From: Camelus dromedarius | Lineage: Eukaryota | Assembly: GCF_036321535.1 (NCBI RefSeq) | Contig: NC_087438.1 | Coordinates: forward strand, 1,924,001-1,984,000 | Length of the DNA: 60,000 bases | Reading direction: 5' to 3' | Shown here: positions 10,776-22,670 of the stretch, piece after piece | How positions within the stretch are numbered: position 1 is the first letter of the stretch | Layout of the letters: every line of letters starts with the position of its first letter | Program-made: the position numbers and the translations under genes | The notes under the pieces: generated by a model | Seen by the model: the letters and a program-made list of their open reading frames with translations, nothing else | Told to the model about the DNA's origin: nothing | Databases searched by the model: none

Positions 10776-13700
10776 AGTGGTCCTGGACACGCAGTGAGCT
10801 CACGTCTGAGTTTCCCCGTCAAGTCCCTCCCTGTCCTCAGAGCATGTGGGTCCCCACGCCCGACCTCGGTGGTAGCGGAGACTCCAGGATGCCTGAAGGC
10901 CGGCCCTCTTGGCCTTCTTGCAAACGTCATGTCAGCCAGCCTGGCATCTGCCCTCCATGTGGAGAGGCGTCCCCTGTGCTGTGGGCAGCCAAGGTGGGCA
11001 TCCGTGCTCTTGTGCACACGAGGGAAGATGGGCCAAGTGCTGAGGACTCTTCCCGCCCATGGGCTTAGGGCAGGCGCGTGGGGCTGCCGCTGGCTGTCGC
11101 TTTAGGAAGGGGGCAGCAGGCAGCTCCAGCCCCGGTGGCCCCTTCGAGTGGACAAGAGGACTGTTCCCACCCGGAAGGGGTCCCTGAGCAGCCACTGTGG
11201 GGGGCGGGGGGAGCGGCCCAAGGAACCAGCGTTCCTTAGCAGAGGGGACCTCAATTCTGACACTTCCATGATCTGTTTCAGTGCTGCCCCCAAAATGCCC
11301 AAAGAATGAAACCAATGCAGAATAGCAGTGGCTGTTTTTAACAATCAGCTGCTTTGATCAGCAAGTCATGGAAACCTGTTCAAGCCAAACTTTTGAGGCT
11401 TATTGTTGCAAATATGTAAACGTGAAATCTTGACTCACAGCTGCTCCCTACGAGGGGATTTTTCTTCCATATTCGCAGCTCCTAGATTTTCTTTTAAACA
11501 ATCTAAGGATAGTGATTGGAACTAACTCCTCGCCTAATTTTGATTTAAACACTCTAAGTGAGCACACTCAATGAATTCTTCTTCTTTTTCTTCTGATTCC
11601 AAACTGGGGGAAGCACTGATTTCTGACTCTGGGGGTCCCAGGCTACTGCTGAGTGGGGACAAGGCGGCCGGCCGACAGGCAGGGCCAGGTGGGCCGTCCC
11701 CGGAAAGCACGTCCTCAGTGCCCAGCATGCGTGCGTCTGCACCAGTCAGCTGAGCTCTGTCTTTTCCATGTCAAAAATGCAGCATTTTCTGTATGTCCAA
11801 AGGAACACTTTGCAGAACTGGGAAATGTGCACCCCAGCCCTGAGCATCACACTAGAAAAATGCACACCACGGGCAGATTGCTGGGGTTCTTTTGTTTGTT
11901 TGTTTGTTTGAGTGACAAGGAAGTGAATTTGTCATAGCAGGCTCATCAGATTCCATTGTTGTAGCCTATGATTTAGCCCCTCAACGTGAATTTTAAACAT
12001 TCTGCTTGTTTTCGTTGGACTAAATTCTTTATGAGAGATGTTTCAATACAAACTTAGAAGTTTTCTCTAAAAACTTTCACTGGAAAATTAATATATTTGG
12101 TTGAAAGGTCATGCAGTTTCTTTTTGAGTCAGTTTACATGTTCCCAACGAGGGCAAGCATAAACAGTCCCGCTCCGACTGTCTCCATCGCACAGATGCAC
12201 CTGTGGGAAACCGCACCTTTATGTCTAGACACAAAAATCCCAGTGCGTGGGGGAAAGCTTGTTCATGTATCATTTAAAATGTATTTTTTTTTTATCATCG
12301 TGTACATCTCAGAAACTCCATCCAGACTCAGTCTGCAGATTGATGAAGAAAAGCCTGTGTGGGGTTGAGGGGCAAGGCTGAAAAATGTGGGGAAAGATTT
12401 TCCAAACCTTTGTCTCTTGTTTCTCCATATCTGAGTAATAAACAGATCAATCGGTGAATATTTTCCATAAATTTGTTCCGTATGTGTTTTATTCCTCCCT
12501 GGTATAAATGAGTCCTTTTGACTGAGTGACACGAGTCTTAAATTGCAGGCCTGCCTGCCTCTGACATCTCCAGAGGTACCCTCCTTCCTTTAAAAGCTTT
12601 TCCCCTCAAATCGCAGCTATGATAAATTTCTCTTCTAATGTGGAGTTGCAGGGAAAAGTTGAACAAGATGAAGATGATTTTACGCGTATATTCCTAGTAT
12701 TCCTCTGGTCCTCCGTCTCCCCACCTGGCAACCATCTTTCACGAAGATCAAAGGGCTTTTAAAGCCCGGCTCTTCCTCCTCGGGGTTCATTCCTGTGAGG
12801 TGGGCTGGTGGGGGTGCTGGGCCAGGACGTGCCCGTCCTCTGTCCATCCACCAGCCCCTCGCTCGCCAGCCTGCGGGGAAATGGGGGCCAGGACCCGCCC
12901 GCGCCACGGCCCCGCGCAGTGCGCCCAAGCTGCTCTTGCCCCTCCCATCGCACTTGCTGAGCCGGGCGAGACCCTCAAGCAGGAGACACCCCGGTCCCTC
13001 GAGACTTCCCTCCGGGGTAGCTGCCCGGCCGCGGGGACCACAGTTCTCTCTCTGAGACACCCTGGGGGTGGCTTTGCCCTGGGGGCTCCGGCTCTGACCA
13101 CCTCCCTGCAGATCTGATGTGGAACAATCACTCGGAAGCCCATCCGAGGTGGGTTTCACGCCAAATCCTTGGTTTACATCGGTGTGCTGCAAAAAAGAAA
13201 AAAGTGCGGTAATACTCTTGGTTGTCTTGAATGATCTCCACTTATGGAAAGTGCTGTCTAGTTTTCCAAGTGCTTTCACGTGTATTACGTGGTTTTATTT
13301 TAAGAAATACGCTGGTGTGATGTCTGGAGCATCAGACCCCCCGCACCCCCCCCCCCCCCGCAGAGTGGATGAAGGGCGAGTGCGGGGGGCGCTTGGAGAA
13401 GCCCCCTCCTCCCTCGCCCTGTGGGGGGTTCGCAGGGGCCAGGGTGAGGTGGGGGCGGCTGCACTCGGCGAGAGGAGGTCCTCTCCGGCGGCCCTGGGGA
13501 CCCCAGGATTAGAAGCCAAGGTGTCCACCCCCCTAGTTTTAGCACCCCCGGCCCCCGACCCGGCCCCCCAGCAGAAGGCAGAGCCGAGTGTGCGCACTGT
13601 AGCGTGACTCTCGTGGGTGACAGCTGTGACAAAAGCAGGGAGAAGGCAGCCTGAGTCCTCGACGTGTGACTTCTGGGAAGCGGGCTCTGAGGGCTGTGAC

Positions 13701-15779
13701 GCACACGTTAGGATGGTCCGCATTACGAAGGTCCCCCCGGCTTGTGCCCCGTGTGTGTATGTTTTTGCCTCCTTCACAGACTGCTCAGGAGTGAGTGGTG
13801 TGTGACTCTGGATGGACGATCATCTTCTGATTGGTGAGCAGATACCTGCTGTTCATGTCGCAAACTCAGGGAGATTCCCTGTCAGTTCAACTTAGAACTT
13901 GAGCACAAACTTCAGTCGCAGTGCGCGTCCGCCACGCTGGAGGGCGAGCGCCCCGCGCCTGCTGCGGGACACTCTCGGGTCGCCGAGGAAGCGGTTGAGC
14001 CTAATGCTCGGTTGCAGGCAGGCCCAGGCTCGTGTTCCAAGGAGGCACCCTGACCCGTCCAGCCCCGTGTTTACGATACCCGTCCGAAAGACTACAACCA
14101 CCGAGCTACTTCGTGAGCAGCAGCTGGGAAGCTTGGGGGCCCCGATGCCGGGATAAAAGCCCCCAAATTATAAAATCACATTCAATTATTCCAGGGCTTT
14201 TCTCACCAGATGGTGTTCACGTGTCAGACAAGAAAACGTGCTTTGTTCTGGCCGTGCGGTTAGATTCAGGGCCTGCAGGAGGCTGGGCAGAGGGTCGGGC
14301 TCCAAGCGTGGGGAGGGGATGCTGGATGGGTTGCCGGCACTGGGCGGGTTCTGAGAGGGGCCCAGGCCCCGCGAGCCCGCAGGTAGTCACACTGCCGCCT
14401 GCGGGTGTGTGTTTCTGCGCGGCCCCGAGTGCCCGCGGTGTGCGGTCAGGTTCAGGAAGCTGGTCAGGACAGGGTGGCCCCAGGCAACCCAGGGGAGACT
14501 TAGCAGATTTCCACATTCGCCGATCAGATTCCCAGGCAGCCACGTGGAGCCTCTGGTCCATGAGGCCCAGGTGCCGGCACAGCCCTCAGACTCCACATCC
14601 TCATCGGTCATTGGTCAGTGGAAACAACGTGGACGCATTGCAAGTCTGATGCAGACAGAAGGCTGCCAGCCAAGGCTGCCCTCACCGCGGGCAGAGGCTC
14701 TGCACCAGGGATCTGGTGCCGGCCCCCCCCGCCACCCTCGGAATGAGGACCGTCCCTTCCCACCTCGGTCCCCAGGGTCACCTCGGTCAGAATGCTAGGT
14801 GGGAGCAATATGGATACCAGCGATGACAGCAAGGGAAAACTTCACTTCATGGAAGGAGGGGAAGGGACATTGAGAACAAGGAGAGTCTCCCCTTCCTCAG
14901 GCTCCACGGAAAAGCCAAGTGAAACGGATGGAAGTTGACAAAGCGCCTTGGGAATATGGAAACGGAAACAAACGGGAAAGTTTTCAAAGCCGCATTTCTG
15001 ACAGTTTCTGGAAGACGTGATGCTCCTGGGACTGAGAAGGAAAGTAACAAGACGGGGGCTGGGAGACATTTAAAGCCTTGGTTGCAGATACACTGTAAAG
15101 GCGGTGATTTGGGGTGTGCGTGCTTCCTGAGTAACCGCCGGCAGCCCGGCTGCTGCCTTAACAGTGTCGCATGGTGGTATCTCCAACACACCCTGGGAGA
15201 AAGCCCCACACCCCCCCACCCCGGCCCAGGCATGGATGTTGCCCCCCACCCCTGCCCAGCGAGTGCAGAGAGCCCAGTGTCTCCCCTGAGGGGCCCCCAC
15301 AAGCCCCTGCGGCTCTCAGGAGATCCCGGGAGACAGAGGGCGGTGAGACCCGCTGGGGACCCCGGGCAGATGCTGCACTCACACCCGCGGTCTCTCCAGG
15401 AGCAGGTAACTCATCACATCACAGCTACATGTTTGCTCACATGTCTTTATGTTGACATTTACAATTTTCCATTCTATTTAAGCAGTCACAAAATATGTAA
15501 ATTTTGGTGAATTTTAAGTGTTAACGTCTTAAAATTGAATTATTATATCACCTTTTGACCGATGGGATACCCACCAGCTTCTTTTAAAGACCCACGAGCA
15601 TCTTAAATCAAGTGTGATGCTGATGGATGTCCATCCTCATCTATTTAAAAGTATATGAACGACCTTGAAGTTTAAATAAGCCACTGCGTTGACACCCACT
15701 CTCATCCATTTCATAACACATGAACAATCTCTGTAACGTTTGGAAAATGTCACTTCTTTTTTTTTTAAATTCTATTTCC

Positions 15780-15850
15780 ATTATACTTACGACCCTAATT
15801 TTATCTACTGTTACGTTATTATATTTACGACCTTAATTTTATCTACTGCT
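15780..15850 (+). repeat. 38-bp period local duplication
   Basis: attatacttacgaccctaattttatctactgtt / attatatttacgaccttaattttatctactgct. Confidence 0.85.
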
Positions 15851-16060
15851 GCTCTTAAGTCGTGTGTCGATCACTCCATCACTCTTCCTTGCAACAAAAA
15901 TCTACATAAAATTGAAGTTTTATTTTCTCTTGGTTTTGTGTAAGCTTTTCAGTTGGATTGAGCTATTATTAGAAATACTATTTGTAAAAATCAGATCAAA
16001 ACAGTAAGAATATACTATACATTTAAAAGTCGTTAAAAATAAAAAATACAATGTTATTGG

Positions 16061-16155
16061 GAGGGGTGGGAGGCACAGCGCAGTGGAAGTGCACGAGCCT
16101 GGCACGCACGAGGTCCTGGGTTCCATCCCCAGTGCCTCTGTTAAGGAGGAAAAAA
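16061..16155 (+). mobile_element. tRNA-derived camelid SINE (Vic-1-like) with 13-bp TSD
   Basis: A-box-like cagcgcagtgg, gcacgaggtcctgggttccatccccagt (B box), A-rich tail; direct repeat acaatgttattgg at 16048-16060 and 16156-16168. Confidence 0.9.
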
Positions 16156-16764
16156 ACAATGTTATTGGAAATAAATCTGGAAACAAAATAGATAATTGAT
16201 AATATTGATTCTTGCTGGAGCTAAACATGGTTCAAGTTTATTCACTTCATTTTGTCGTGGTGGTCATTGAAAGTGCACATAAGCGGATGGGATGGAAGAG
16301 CTTTTGGTGTTAAAAGAGCACTTGGTTCTCTAAAGCCCTGAGTTATGGGCCAAACATCACACAGCGGTCTAGCAGCAAACGTTGTTGCAAGTGGCACCTG
16401 AAGCAAGACTCCTTCCTTTGCGCTGATGATCACAGACGTGGATGCTGCCAGACCCACGGAGGCCTGCCACATCCACCTTCCTGACCTCAGCCTCCTGTTC
16501 GGTGCCCCGAACCTCAGGCTCGGGGGCAGAGCAAGGCGCCCGGTCAGGTTCCAGATGGTGGGACATCACCTCCCTTTTGAGAAGTGAGGAGAGAGTGGTC
16601 GGCAGGAGAGGGAAAGGCAGGTGGCAGGCCAGCCAGATCGGGTTTAAGAAGGAGGCAGGTGGAAGGTGAGAGTCTGGAAGGTGACAGCTTTGCAGCCACC
16701 CGAGCTGGGTTCCCCGGGAGCCTCTTCCCTGGGGGAGGCAGGTCTGGGCTGGAGACTGGCTCCT

Positions 16765-17438
16765 GACGTGTCCCTCATTTATAACGTCGTGCTGCTTTCC
16801 AGGGCACAGCATAGCGATTCAGTTACACATACATATGTATATATTCTTTTTCATTATGGGTTATTTTAACATACTGAATGCAGTTCCCTGTGCTGTACAG
16901 CAGGTCCTGTTGTTTATCTATTTTATATACAGTCGTTTTATCTGCAAATCCCAAAGTCCTGATTTATCCCTTCCCTCCCCAGCTTTCCTCTTTGGTAACC
17001 ATAAGTTTGTCCTCTATGTCTGTGAGTCTGTTTTGTAAATACATTCATTTCTGTCATTTTTTTAGATTCCACATATGAGTGCTATCATACAATGTTTTTC
17101 TTTCTCTTTCTGGCTTACTTCACTTAGAATGACAATCTCCAGGTCCATCCATGTTGGTGCAAATGGCATTATTTTATTCTTTTTTATGGCCGAGTAGTAT
17201 TCCATTGTATAAATACACCACGACTTCTTTATTCAGCCACCTGCTGATGGACACTTAGGCTGTTCCTATATCTTGTCTACTGTAAGTAGTGCTGCTGTGA
17301 ACATTGTGGGTGGGGGTGCAGGTACCTTTTCAAAACTAGAGCTTCCTCAGGATATACACCCAGGAATGAGATTATTGGATCACAGGGTGAGTCTATTTTC
17401 AGTTTTTTAAGGAGGCTCCACAGTGGCTGTGCCAGATT
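16765..17438 (-). mobile_element. 5'-truncated lineage L1 (ORF2 end + 3' UTR) with TSD
   Basis: Antisense L1: tccaggtccatccatgttggtgcaaatggcattattttattcttttttatggccgagtagtattccattgt; flanking tggagact(g/a)gctc(c/t)t at 16750 and 17439. Confidence 0.95.
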
Positions 17439-18262
17439 TGGAGACTAGCTCTTGATTATCTGGAATGACTTCAAAGCAATTAGCTTTTCCATATTAATTT
17501 CGGGAGGGGCAAAGTCCAGCTCAAAGGGAGAGTTTGGCCATGTTAGCATGTTGGGAAAGAAACTCTCAACATCCCATAAACTTCTGGACTGCTCCAGGGA
17601 GTGTCAGGGACCACACACAGCAGAGCCGTCCCACAGACCAACAGCATCCGAGGGTCACTGTGCTGAGGCTCAGGATGGAACCGCCAGGTCTGGGTGACCA
17701 GGAAGGGAACAGCATCAAAGGGGGACATGGCTGAACCCAGCTCTGCCCTCGTCCACACGGAGAGACACAGTGTAAGCGGGTCGCACCGGCAGCACCAAAC
17801 GTTTCCAGCAGGATCACAGACGTGTGTTCGTAGCAGGGTTCTGCTGGGGATTCTGGAGTCCCAGATCATGTACTTCTTAGACATGATAAAGAAATTAAAG
17901 AAGTATTTTCAGCTCTTGCATAGCTTTCCAACCGGGAAAACAGAGTCCATAAAGTTTTCTGTTGCTTGTTTTATTTAGACGGCAGCTTCTGGAATTTCCA
18001 GCGTGAGCTTCCATTTCCATAGGTTATCACTAATAGCAAATAACGTGGAGTCCAGCCTAGTCTCCAGAAGGGAAAGAAATCACAGCCTTTGAAAACATTT
18101 TAGTGAGTTGAAATGTCACGTGTTTCAGCGGGAGGAGGCGCGTGCTTCCCCGGCGCAGGGCGGCGCACCAGCACAGCCACCGCGGCCGGGGCGGAGGGGA
18201 GAGCAGACGTTCCTTTACGGGGACTCAGCATCTACAAGACTCGTTTGCATCTGATCTTGTAA

Positions 18263-18935
18263 GCTTTTTTATTTTGGAATAAGTTTATTTTATAGAAAAT
18301 TTGCAAAGATAGTTCATGGAGTTTCATTTCTCTTTCACCCAGCATCTCTGGATGTCAGCATCTTAAATAATTTGGTGCATTTGCCAAAACAAAGAAATGC
18401 TGGGACCACACCATCAGCTAAACATGGACTTTCATGGACTTCACCAGCTTTTCCGCCTACATCTTCGTTCTGACCCAGGATCCGGTCCAGGAGTCACCGT
18501 TGTCCTTGGTCCGCTGGTCTCCATCAACAACTCCAGTCCGGGACAGGTCCCCAGACTTTCCTTCTTTACCATGACTTCGACAGATGAAGGGCACTGGGCG
18601 GGTGTTTTAGAACGTGCCTCTATTTGAATTGCTTGAGACAGTGTCATGATGAGTCTGGGGGCTGCAGCTTCTGGGGAACAAGAGTCTGCACATTCCGCAT
18701 CCGGGGTCTGTGACACCCAGGTGACAGCACAGGTGACGCCAGCCTGGACCATGTGGCTCGGGAGGTGGTGCCAGCCTTCTCCTCCGTAGTGAGGCTGGGC
18801 TTCCCTTTCCAGACTCCACCACCTGGAAGCCAGTCACAAAGTCCAGCGCAGTGTCCGGGGGAGCCCTGGGGAGGGGAGGCTTGGGCCCCGCTCCTGGAGG
18901 GGACAGTTACGTAGATTGTTTGGAATTCCTCTGTG
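18263..18935 (-). mobile_element. Old L1 3' end (L1MC3/4-like)
   Basis: ttttattttggaataagtttattttatagaaaatttgcaaagatagt...cccaggatccggtccagga...gacaggtccccagactttccttctttaccatgac...ggaagccagtcacaaagtccagc. Confidence 0.8.
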
Positions 18936-20447
18936 AGAACGTGCGCCTCCTTTTTCTCTGATCATGAGATGTGTTCTAGCTCAGGCACCCCCCTATTTCA
19001 TAGGTCACTAAAGCAAACTGAGCCTCTTCTCAATGTGTTCTTAGGGAAGGTCAGAAAACCCAACACTCAGTGCAAGGGAGCAACCCCTTCTCACACAGGC
19101 GGGCTCCTGCTCACGTGACTCCTCCTCCGTGTTCACGGCCGAGCACACAGATACACGCAGAGCCTTCAGATGCCCCATTTCTGACAGGAGGCCATGTTGG
19201 CATCGCCCAGCGTGCACCTGTTGGATTACAGTACTTTCAGAGGGGAGGTTCTGGAAGCACGGCGAAGCCCTTTTTGCCCTGGAGCGCCCGTGCGAATTTG
19301 CAGTCCCCGCCCTGAGAGCAGCACCTTCTTTCCTGCCAGCTCGCTCTCGACCCGGGGGTCCTGAGGCAGGGATGCCGACTGGAAACCAAAGTCAGGCTCC
19401 AGGACTTCAGTTCCCAGCTCCAGGGTTTTGCTGAACGTCCGCGCTGGCCAGTTACGTTTTGTCCAGAGGTCAGCACGGCCGCACAGCCCCCGGCCAAGCG
19501 TGCTCGCTGGGAGGTGTAAGGGAAGCGCAGGCGTTGGAAACGTGCACGGCGGTGCGGGTGATACTTTAAACAATTACAGATGGCGCGGGGCTGGCTGGGG
19601 CTGACAGCGGCATCAGCCCTGACAGCGCCCTGACAGGCCTTGGCCGCGATGATTAATCACGGCGCTGTCTCCGGGCACTCCAGCTTCCCCTCGCAGCTCC
19701 CACCTCCGGCAGGATCTGTAGCTCTTGTTGCTGCACCACACAACACAGGAAATGTCTTTCCCTTGCCCCGTCCGAGGGCCACTCACGGCTGGGAGAGCTG
19801 CTGGGCGCGGCTCCCTCTGATGGCTGGGATCTGGAGAAGGTTTGGCCCGGGAACCCTGAAGGTGGCCGCTCTCTACTGGCTTCTCCCAAGTGGCCGAGGA
19901 CTTACAAATTGAGTCAGGCTGATGGCCGTCAAACAGACGGGCTGTGCCTCTCTGGGGAAGAGGTGGCTTTGAGGGTGAAAGCATTTCTGGGCATTCTGTC
20001 TCTGTCTCGTGCTCTCGTTTCCCCGAGGTCATGTTGTGGACGACACAGCGATGCGCGCACTCAGATCGCAGGGCTGTGGAGACGCTGCTTTCCATCCCAC
20101 AGCTGTCTTTCCGGAGGAGCTCGGTGCCTCCCCCGCCTGCCTCCACGGGGACTCCCGGCCCAGGGCTCAGGAGGTTCTCCAGGAGCCTGGCTGGTGGTCA
20201 GTGCAGCGGGGAGCCCGTGAGGACGAGGACCTTGACCTTGGTCCTTGTCCTTTGGGTGGACGCTCTTTACAACTTTGTGAACATTTTAGTAAGTGCAGCG
20301 TCTAAAGCTAGTTGCCTTACCATTTTTTTTCAGCTTTACAAACAGTTATAAAGTATCTAGATCTCCCAATATCTGAACTCTGAGGAATTGGTGTTCCCAT
20401 TAGGACCACTGGTGTCGACAGAGACCAGACAAAGCCAGACACCACCA

Positions 20448-21247
20448 GGGAGATCATGAGGATCACAGGGAGATGGTGAGGACCACGGGGGAGATGGTGA
20501 GGACCACGGGGAGATGGTGAGGACCATGGGGAGATGGTAAGGACTATGGGAGACATGGTGAGGACCATGGGGGAGATGGTGAGGACCACGGGGAGATGGT
20601 GAGGACCATGGGGAGATGGTGAGGACCATGGGGAGATGGTGAGGACCACAAGGAGATGGTGAGGACTATGGGAGACATGGTGAGGACCACGGGGAGATGG
20701 TGAGGACCATGGGGAGATGGTGAGGACCACGGGGGAGATGGTGAGGACCACAAGGGGATGGTGAGGACTATGGGAGACATGGTGAGGACCACGGGGAGAT
20801 GGTGAGGACCATGGGGGAGATGGTGAGGACCATGGGGAGATGGTGAGGACCACGGGGAGATGGTGAGGACCACAAGGAGATGGTGAGGACCATGGGGGAG
20901 ATGGTGAGGACCATGGGGAGATGGTGAGGACCATGGGGGAGATGGTGAGGACCACGGGGGAGATGGTGAGGACCACGGGGAGATGGTGAGGTCTATGGGG
21001 GAGATGGTGAGGACCACAAGGAGATGGTGAGGACTATGGGAGACATGGTGAGGACCATGGGGAGATGGTGAGGACCATGGGGGAGATGGTGAGGACCACG
21101 GGGGAGATGGTGAGGACCACAAGGAGATGGTGAGGACTATGGGAGACATGGTGAGGACCATGGGGGAGATGGTGAGGACCATGGGGGAGATGGTGAGGAC
21201 CATGGGGGAGATGGTGAGGACCATGGGGAGATGGTGAGGACCACTGG
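20448..21247 (+). repeat. Minisatellite/VNTR, ~39 copies of a 20-21 bp unit (gagatggtgaggacca[c/t]ggg[g])
   Basis: Counted by eye; variants ccacggg, ccatggg, ccacaag and ctatgggagac. Confidence 0.98.
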
Positions 21248-22019
21248 AAAACCAGCCAAGATGGCAGCTGGGCGAGTGTGCAGAAGTGCAGTAGACGCAG
21301 CCCTTTATGTCACTGTTCACTTAAAGAACGAGAGAAACAGAAGCAGCCAACGAAGTCACTTGGCCGGAGACGTTGAAAAAGTGACAACCTGGAGGAGCAG
21401 CACTGCCTCCAGGGCCAGTGGCAGTGAAGCAGGCAGGGGGGGCGCTCGCCTCCCAGCTCCACTCGGGGTCCAGGCATTGGCATGGGCGTCACGCTCCCAC
21501 CTCCTTCCTTCTGCTCCAGATAGCGTCCCAAGCTCCTCCCACCCACACACACCTGCAGGGTTCCCCGTGTTTGGACCTGGTTTGGGGTGAGCAGGATGAG
21601 AGATCATCAGGTGCCCGTCCCTGATCATGGAACAGCCCGGCTTTACTTGCTCCTTCTGGGTGACGCAGCCCAAGTGAATGCAAGACTCCACACGGTCAGG
21701 ACCAGAGTGACACCCAGCCCGTGGTGGCCGTCCCGCCCAGCAGCCCTGCTTCCACCTGGCTTCTCCTGGTGCAGCTGGCGTGTCCAAAAGTGCAGCCACA
21801 CACACTCAGCAGGGGAGACTCACCTGAAAGACCGCCAGCCCAAGACCCTCTGTGGAGGGACGGTGGGTAGAAAAGCTGATCAATTATCCTGGACCCAAGG
21901 CAGCAGGTCCAGACACTGAGGGAGGGGAACACACAATTCCATCGTGTCAGCGCCCTCTGCCTCAGTCATGACAGGCAACCAGAGAAAAGTGGGAGAGGGT
22001 GCGACTCAAACAGCCAAGA

Positions 22020-22537
22020 TGCGTGGAAACAACCTAAATGCCCATTGACAAACGGCTGCATGGTGACGTTGTGGTGCACACACACACACACACACACACA
22101 CACAATGGAACACTGCTCAACCGTAGAAAGAATGAAATAATGGCATCTGCAGCAACATGGATGGACCTAGAGACGATCACACTAAGTGAAGTGAGTCAGA
22201 CAGAGGAAGACAAATACCATACGATGCCACTTACATGCGGGATCTTAAAAAATTACACAAATGAACTTATTTACAAAACAGAACAGATGTAGACAAACAA
22301 ACTTACGGTTACCAGGAGCAAGGGGATGGGAAAGGATAAACTGGGAGTTCGACAAGATAAACAACAAGTTTCTTCCGTAGAGCACAGGGAACTATGTTCA
22401 GTGTCCTGCAGTGCCCTGTGGTGAGAAGGAACATGAAATGAGTACATGCGTGTGTGTGTGACTGAAACACGACACTGTGCACCACAGGTTGACACGACAC
22501 TGTAAACTGGCTGTACTTCAATAAGAAAAACGTAAAA
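22020..22537 (+). mobile_element. 5'-truncated lineage L1 with 12-bp TSD and internal (CA)14
   Basis: ORF 22038-22292 contains the L1 ORF2p C-terminal KNEIMASAATWMDLETITLSEVSQTEEDKYHTMPLTCGI; TSD aaacagccaaga at 22008-22019 and 22538-22549. Confidence 0.95.
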
Positions 22538-22549
22538 AAACAGCCAAGA

Positions 22550-22670
22550 GGAAATAATAAAAGACGCTCAACTTCACTTACCAGAGAAATAAAGATCAGA
22601 ATCTCGCAGATTTACAAATATCCACAACCTGACGCCAACAGATGCTGGGGACACGTGTGAGGAGTCGGAT
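22550..22670 (+). mobile_element. Old L1M ORF2 fragment (target of the younger L1)
   Basis: aaaagacgctcaacttcacttaccagagaaataaaga resembles L1 AAAAGATGCTCAACATCATTAGTCATCAGGGAAATGCAAA. Confidence 0.45.

Larger units (their letters stand above)
15400..16450. mobile_element. AT-rich block, probably an old hAT-Charlie-type DNA transposon relic, interrupted by a SINE
   Basis: Abrupt AT-rich island; tagcagcaaacgttgttgcaagtggcacctgaagcaagactccttcc (~16370) recalls Charlie4/MER80-like subterminal sequence; terminal inverted repeats not identified. Confidence 0.35.

Noticed and set aside
16061..16155. tRNA gene (A/B boxes), also at 24591-24680
   Set aside because: No intact cloverleaf; A-tail (and a TSD for this copy) show they are SINEs
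20448..21247. CRISPR-like appearance of regular repeats
   Set aside because: Units are contiguous with no unique spacers, there are no cas genes, and the DNA is mammalian
20317..21320. 219-aa and 258-aa minus-strand ORFs rich in Pro/Ser/His
   Set aside because: Pure translation of the VNTR; frame shifts with each 20-bp unit; no domain
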